Positions 61,674 through 64,000 of a DNA stretch of 64,000 nt are shown piece by piece. The translations under genes were made by a program, and so were the position numbers. The stretch's first letter is position 1. Every line of letters starts with the position of its first letter. The notes beneath the pieces were generated by a model. It was not told the DNA's origin, made no database searches, and saw only the letters and a list, made by a program, of their open reading frames with translations. Source of the stretch: Syntrophomonadales bacterium (lineage in GTDB: Bacteria; Bacillota; Syntrophomonadia; Syntrophomonadales; DTU052); NCBI GenBank assembly GCA_050951725.1, contig JBMNJO010000024.1, positions 320,613-384,612 of the forward strand, given 5' to 3'.

Positions 61674-62365
61674 TCAATCCTTTCCGCCGCAACCGTCGTC
61701 TGATTCACAGAAGCTTCTACGATCTCCCCGCTTCTCAGCCGAAAGACCTTGTTTGCCATATCGGCAATGGCCGCGTTGTGTGTTATCATCAAAATCGTGG
61801 TTCCGAACTTTTTATTCACCACCTGCAACAGCTTCAGGATACTGCGGGATGTCTGATAATCCAGTGCTCCCGTTGGCTCGTCACAGAGCAGCAGCTTGGG
61901 ATTTTTAACGATGGCCCTGGCAATAGAGACCCGCTGCTGTTCACCGCCTGACAGCTCTCTGGGGAAACGGTGCTTTTTGTCCAGCATTTCCACCGCCGTT
62001 AATACTTCGTCCACATTTAACGGGGATTTGCTGATGTTTGATACCACCTCGATGTTTTCTCCCACAGTAAGGTTGGGAACCAGATTGTAAAACTGGAAAA
62101 CAAAACCCACCTCTTCGCGTCTATATTCGGTCAGATCATCGTCGCTCAATTTGCTGATCTCGGTTCCGTCCACGGTCACCTTGCCGCTGTCGCCGCGGTC
62201 AATGCCGCCGATAATATTCATAAGAGTGGATTTTCCCGAACCCGATGGACCAAGGATGACACCGATTTCACCTTTTCCCAGATTCATTTCGATTCCCCTT
62301 AACACATCGGTTTTGATCACCCCGGTGGTGTAGCTCTTCTTCAAGTTCGCAACATCAATAAACAT
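61667..62365 (-). CDS. ABC transporter ATP-binding protein (MacB/LolD/FtsE-like)
   Basis: 232-aa ORF with Walker [10 protein letters not shown], signature LSGGEQQR and Walker [13 protein letters not shown]. Confidence 0.92.
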   Translation of the reverse strand: MFIDVANLKKSYTTGVIKTDVLRGIEMNLGKGEIGVILGPSGSGKSTLMNIIGGIDRGDSGKVTVDGTEISKLSDDDLTEYRREEVGFVFQFYNLVPNLTVGENIEVVSNISKSPLNVDEVLTAVEMLDKKHRFPRELSGGEQQRVSIARAIVKNPKLLLCDEPTGALDYQTSRSILKLLQVVNKKFGTTILMITHNAAIADMANKVFRLRSGEIVEASVNQTTVAAERIEW

Positions 62366-62366
62366 G

Positions 62367-63006
62367 TTATTGCTCCTCCTTTTGATAAAAGCACCGTTTC
62401 AAAATATCAAAATATGCATCCGATTCACTGAGAACCTCCATGCCCACATCTTCAATGGAATCGACCTTATCCATATACATTTCGGCAAAACTCAGCATGG
62501 TCCAGTTAATGATATTGATCATTTTTTCGCGGTCGATATCCTCCCGGAATTTTGTAAAATCAATATTTTGATAACCTCTTTCCAAACCGCTTGCGATGAT
62601 ATCTTCACCAGTTTTTTTTAATTTCAGATTTCACTTCAGCAGCATCCTCATTGGCCAGAGACTTTAAAAAATGAAATGCCTGGGGGAACTTTTTATAGAT
62701 TTTAAATTTAACCGACCCCAGCTGCCGCATTCTTTCAAAAAAATCCGTCTCACTCCAATCTACTTCAGCGTAGATTTTTTCGACTATCTCAGCCACATAA
62801 TCAAGCAGGAATAAATACAGTTCCTTTTTACTATTAAAATAGTTGAATAATGATCCTTTCGATATATATGATTCCTTAACGATTTCATTTGTAGATGCCT
62901 TTTCGTAACCATTTCGTGCGAATTCTTTTAGAGCCGCGTTAATAATGCGTGCTCGTTTCTCCGGTTCCAGGCTGTTGAATTTTGAGTAAATGATAATCAC
63001 CGCCAT
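62367..63006 (-). pseudogene. TetR-family regulator split by a +1 frameshift in an A8 run
   Basis: N-terminal ORF 62605..63012 carries the HTH (EKASTNEIVKESYISKGSLFNYF). The 72-aa ORF 62367..62585 continues the ligand-binding domain. Deleting one A at 62612-62619 joins them into a protein of about 210 aa. Confidence 0.8.
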
Positions 63007-63029
63007 CGTCAATTAGTAAAATAAATATT

Positions 63030-63044
63030 TGACCATACTGGTCA
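63030..63044. promoter_or_regulatory. Palindromic operator O1
   Basis: TGACCA-TAC-TGGTCA, a perfect 6-3-6 inverted repeat about 20 bp upstream of the TetR start. Confidence 0.65.
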
Positions 63045-63064
63045 TGATTTAATTCTACTGCTAA

Positions 63065-63079
63065 TGACCACCCTGGTCA
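63065..63079. promoter_or_regulatory. Palindromic operator O2
   Basis: TGACCA-CCC-TGGTCA, with the same half-sites 35 bp from O1. Confidence 0.65.
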
Positions 63080-63160
63080 ATAGGTTGAGGAGCACGAGCC
63101 CACGGTAAAAAATGTAAGGGCGCGCATCCGAAGATGGAGCATGGATTTATGCCGAAAAAT

Positions 63161-64000
63161 TGTAGACCAGCTATATAAAGTCAACAATATTTATTAAATT
63201 TTTGGAGGCTTTTTATGTAATCAAGCCATGGGGACATATGTTTTTTTGTCCCGCATAATAACAAAAATAATATAGGTTAATTTACGGGCTACAGCCCCAA
63301 TGGCAGTACCATAGGCTTTGCCTTCGGAACGTTTTTTTCTCGAAAAAGGCTTTAAGTACCGGATCAACTTGCACGGCCCGGACAGCGGCTTGCCAAATTG
63401 CTCTTCTAAGATGGGGAGACCCTCGTTTAGACATCCGATTTTGACTGCCAGTAAAATCTCCGGACTGTTTAACACTGGGGTCAATGCCAACAAAGGCAAC
63501 CAGCTTTTCCGGACTGGCAAAGCGATTAATGTCGCCAATTTCACTTTCAATGATGGCAGCCGTGATCATGCCAATGCCCGGAATGGTCGGAAGGCATGAA
63601 TCAAGGGTATCAAAGTAGGTTTTAATATGGTCTTCGATCTCTTTGATATGCTCCTCGATAAACTTGATTTGTTCGATGAGCTGCCGCAACTGAAAAGCGA
63701 AAGCATCGATGGCAATGGTAATGCCAAAAGAGTTACGAGCCTTTTCTTGGATCTCTTTAGCCTTTTCCAGTTTAAATCTTCCCCGGCTTGTTTTGTCAAT
63801 TACTTCAGCCAGCTTTTCAGCACTGACACTTAACATGTCGTCCGGGGTGGTGTATTCCATTAATAAGGCCTTGGAACTAACGCCGAAGATGTTCGCAAAA
63901 AGGGTTTCGTACTCAGGAAAGATTTGATCTAAAACAGCGATTGCTTTGCAGCTTAAGCTCCGTGGTCTGATCCACCAGGGAAGTACGATAACGGCAAAGC
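63161..64000 (-). mobile_element. IS110-family insertion sequence, copy 2 (runs off the window; same orientation as copy 1)
   Basis: Matches copy 1 from 57729 onward, except for single-T insertions at 63332-63338 and 63945-63947. Confidence 0.85.
63221..64000 (-). pseudogene. IS110 transposase, copy 2, disrupted by two 1-nt insertions (partial in window)
   Basis: The ORF track shows fragments 63221..63550 and 63282..63860. Their translations equal copy 1 on either side of the T6-to-T7 change. A second TT-to-TTT change lies at 63945-63947. Confidence 0.8.

Overview
The window has two parts. Positions 1-51.7 kb are a conserved, entirely plus-strand core block with the gene order typical of a Gram-positive anaerobe. 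It looks like class Clostridia (Peptococcaceae-like) judging by gene order and protein sequences, but I cannot name a species. The order is: four tRNAs (Tyr, fMet, Thr, Met), tuf copy 1, rpmG-secE-nusG-rplKAJL, a 665-bp repeat-rich spacer, rpoB-rpoC, an L7Ae-like gene, rpsL-rpsG-fusA, tuf copy 2, the full S10/spc/alpha ribosomal operons (rpsJ to rplQ, including secY-adk-map-infA-rpmJ), ecfA1-ecfA2-ecfT, truA, rplM-rpsI, cggR-gap-pgk-tpiA-gpmI-eno, secG, a long divergent membrane pyrophosphatase, an esterase, rnr, smpB and the tmRNA gene ssrA. Directly after the ssrA terminator (about 51.76 kb) the orientation flips to the minus strand and an accessory region starts. It contains a degraded phage-like island with two translationally coupled large serine recombinases, an HTH/zinc-ribbon regulator with an overlapping 55-aa ORF, a holin-amidase lysis cassette, two small ORFs and a 5'-truncated tail-fibre-like ORF. 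That ORF is cut by an IS110-family element. Beyond the IS lies a frameshifted TetR gene, an ABC ATPase and a double-FtsX permease, with twin palindromic operators upstream. A second, near-identical, directly oriented IS110 copy carrying two 1-nt insertions runs off the window end. The points most worth a second look are: the IS110 pair and a candidate bridge-RNA region upstream of the intact transposase; the tandem recombinase module; three homopolymer frameshifts clustered in 1.4 kb; the 14-nt core repeat array between rplL and rpoB; a four-cysteine insertion in both EF-Tu copies; and a probable non-canonical (ATC) start for rpsE. All calls come from reading the sequence and the supplied ORF translations. 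No database search was possible.
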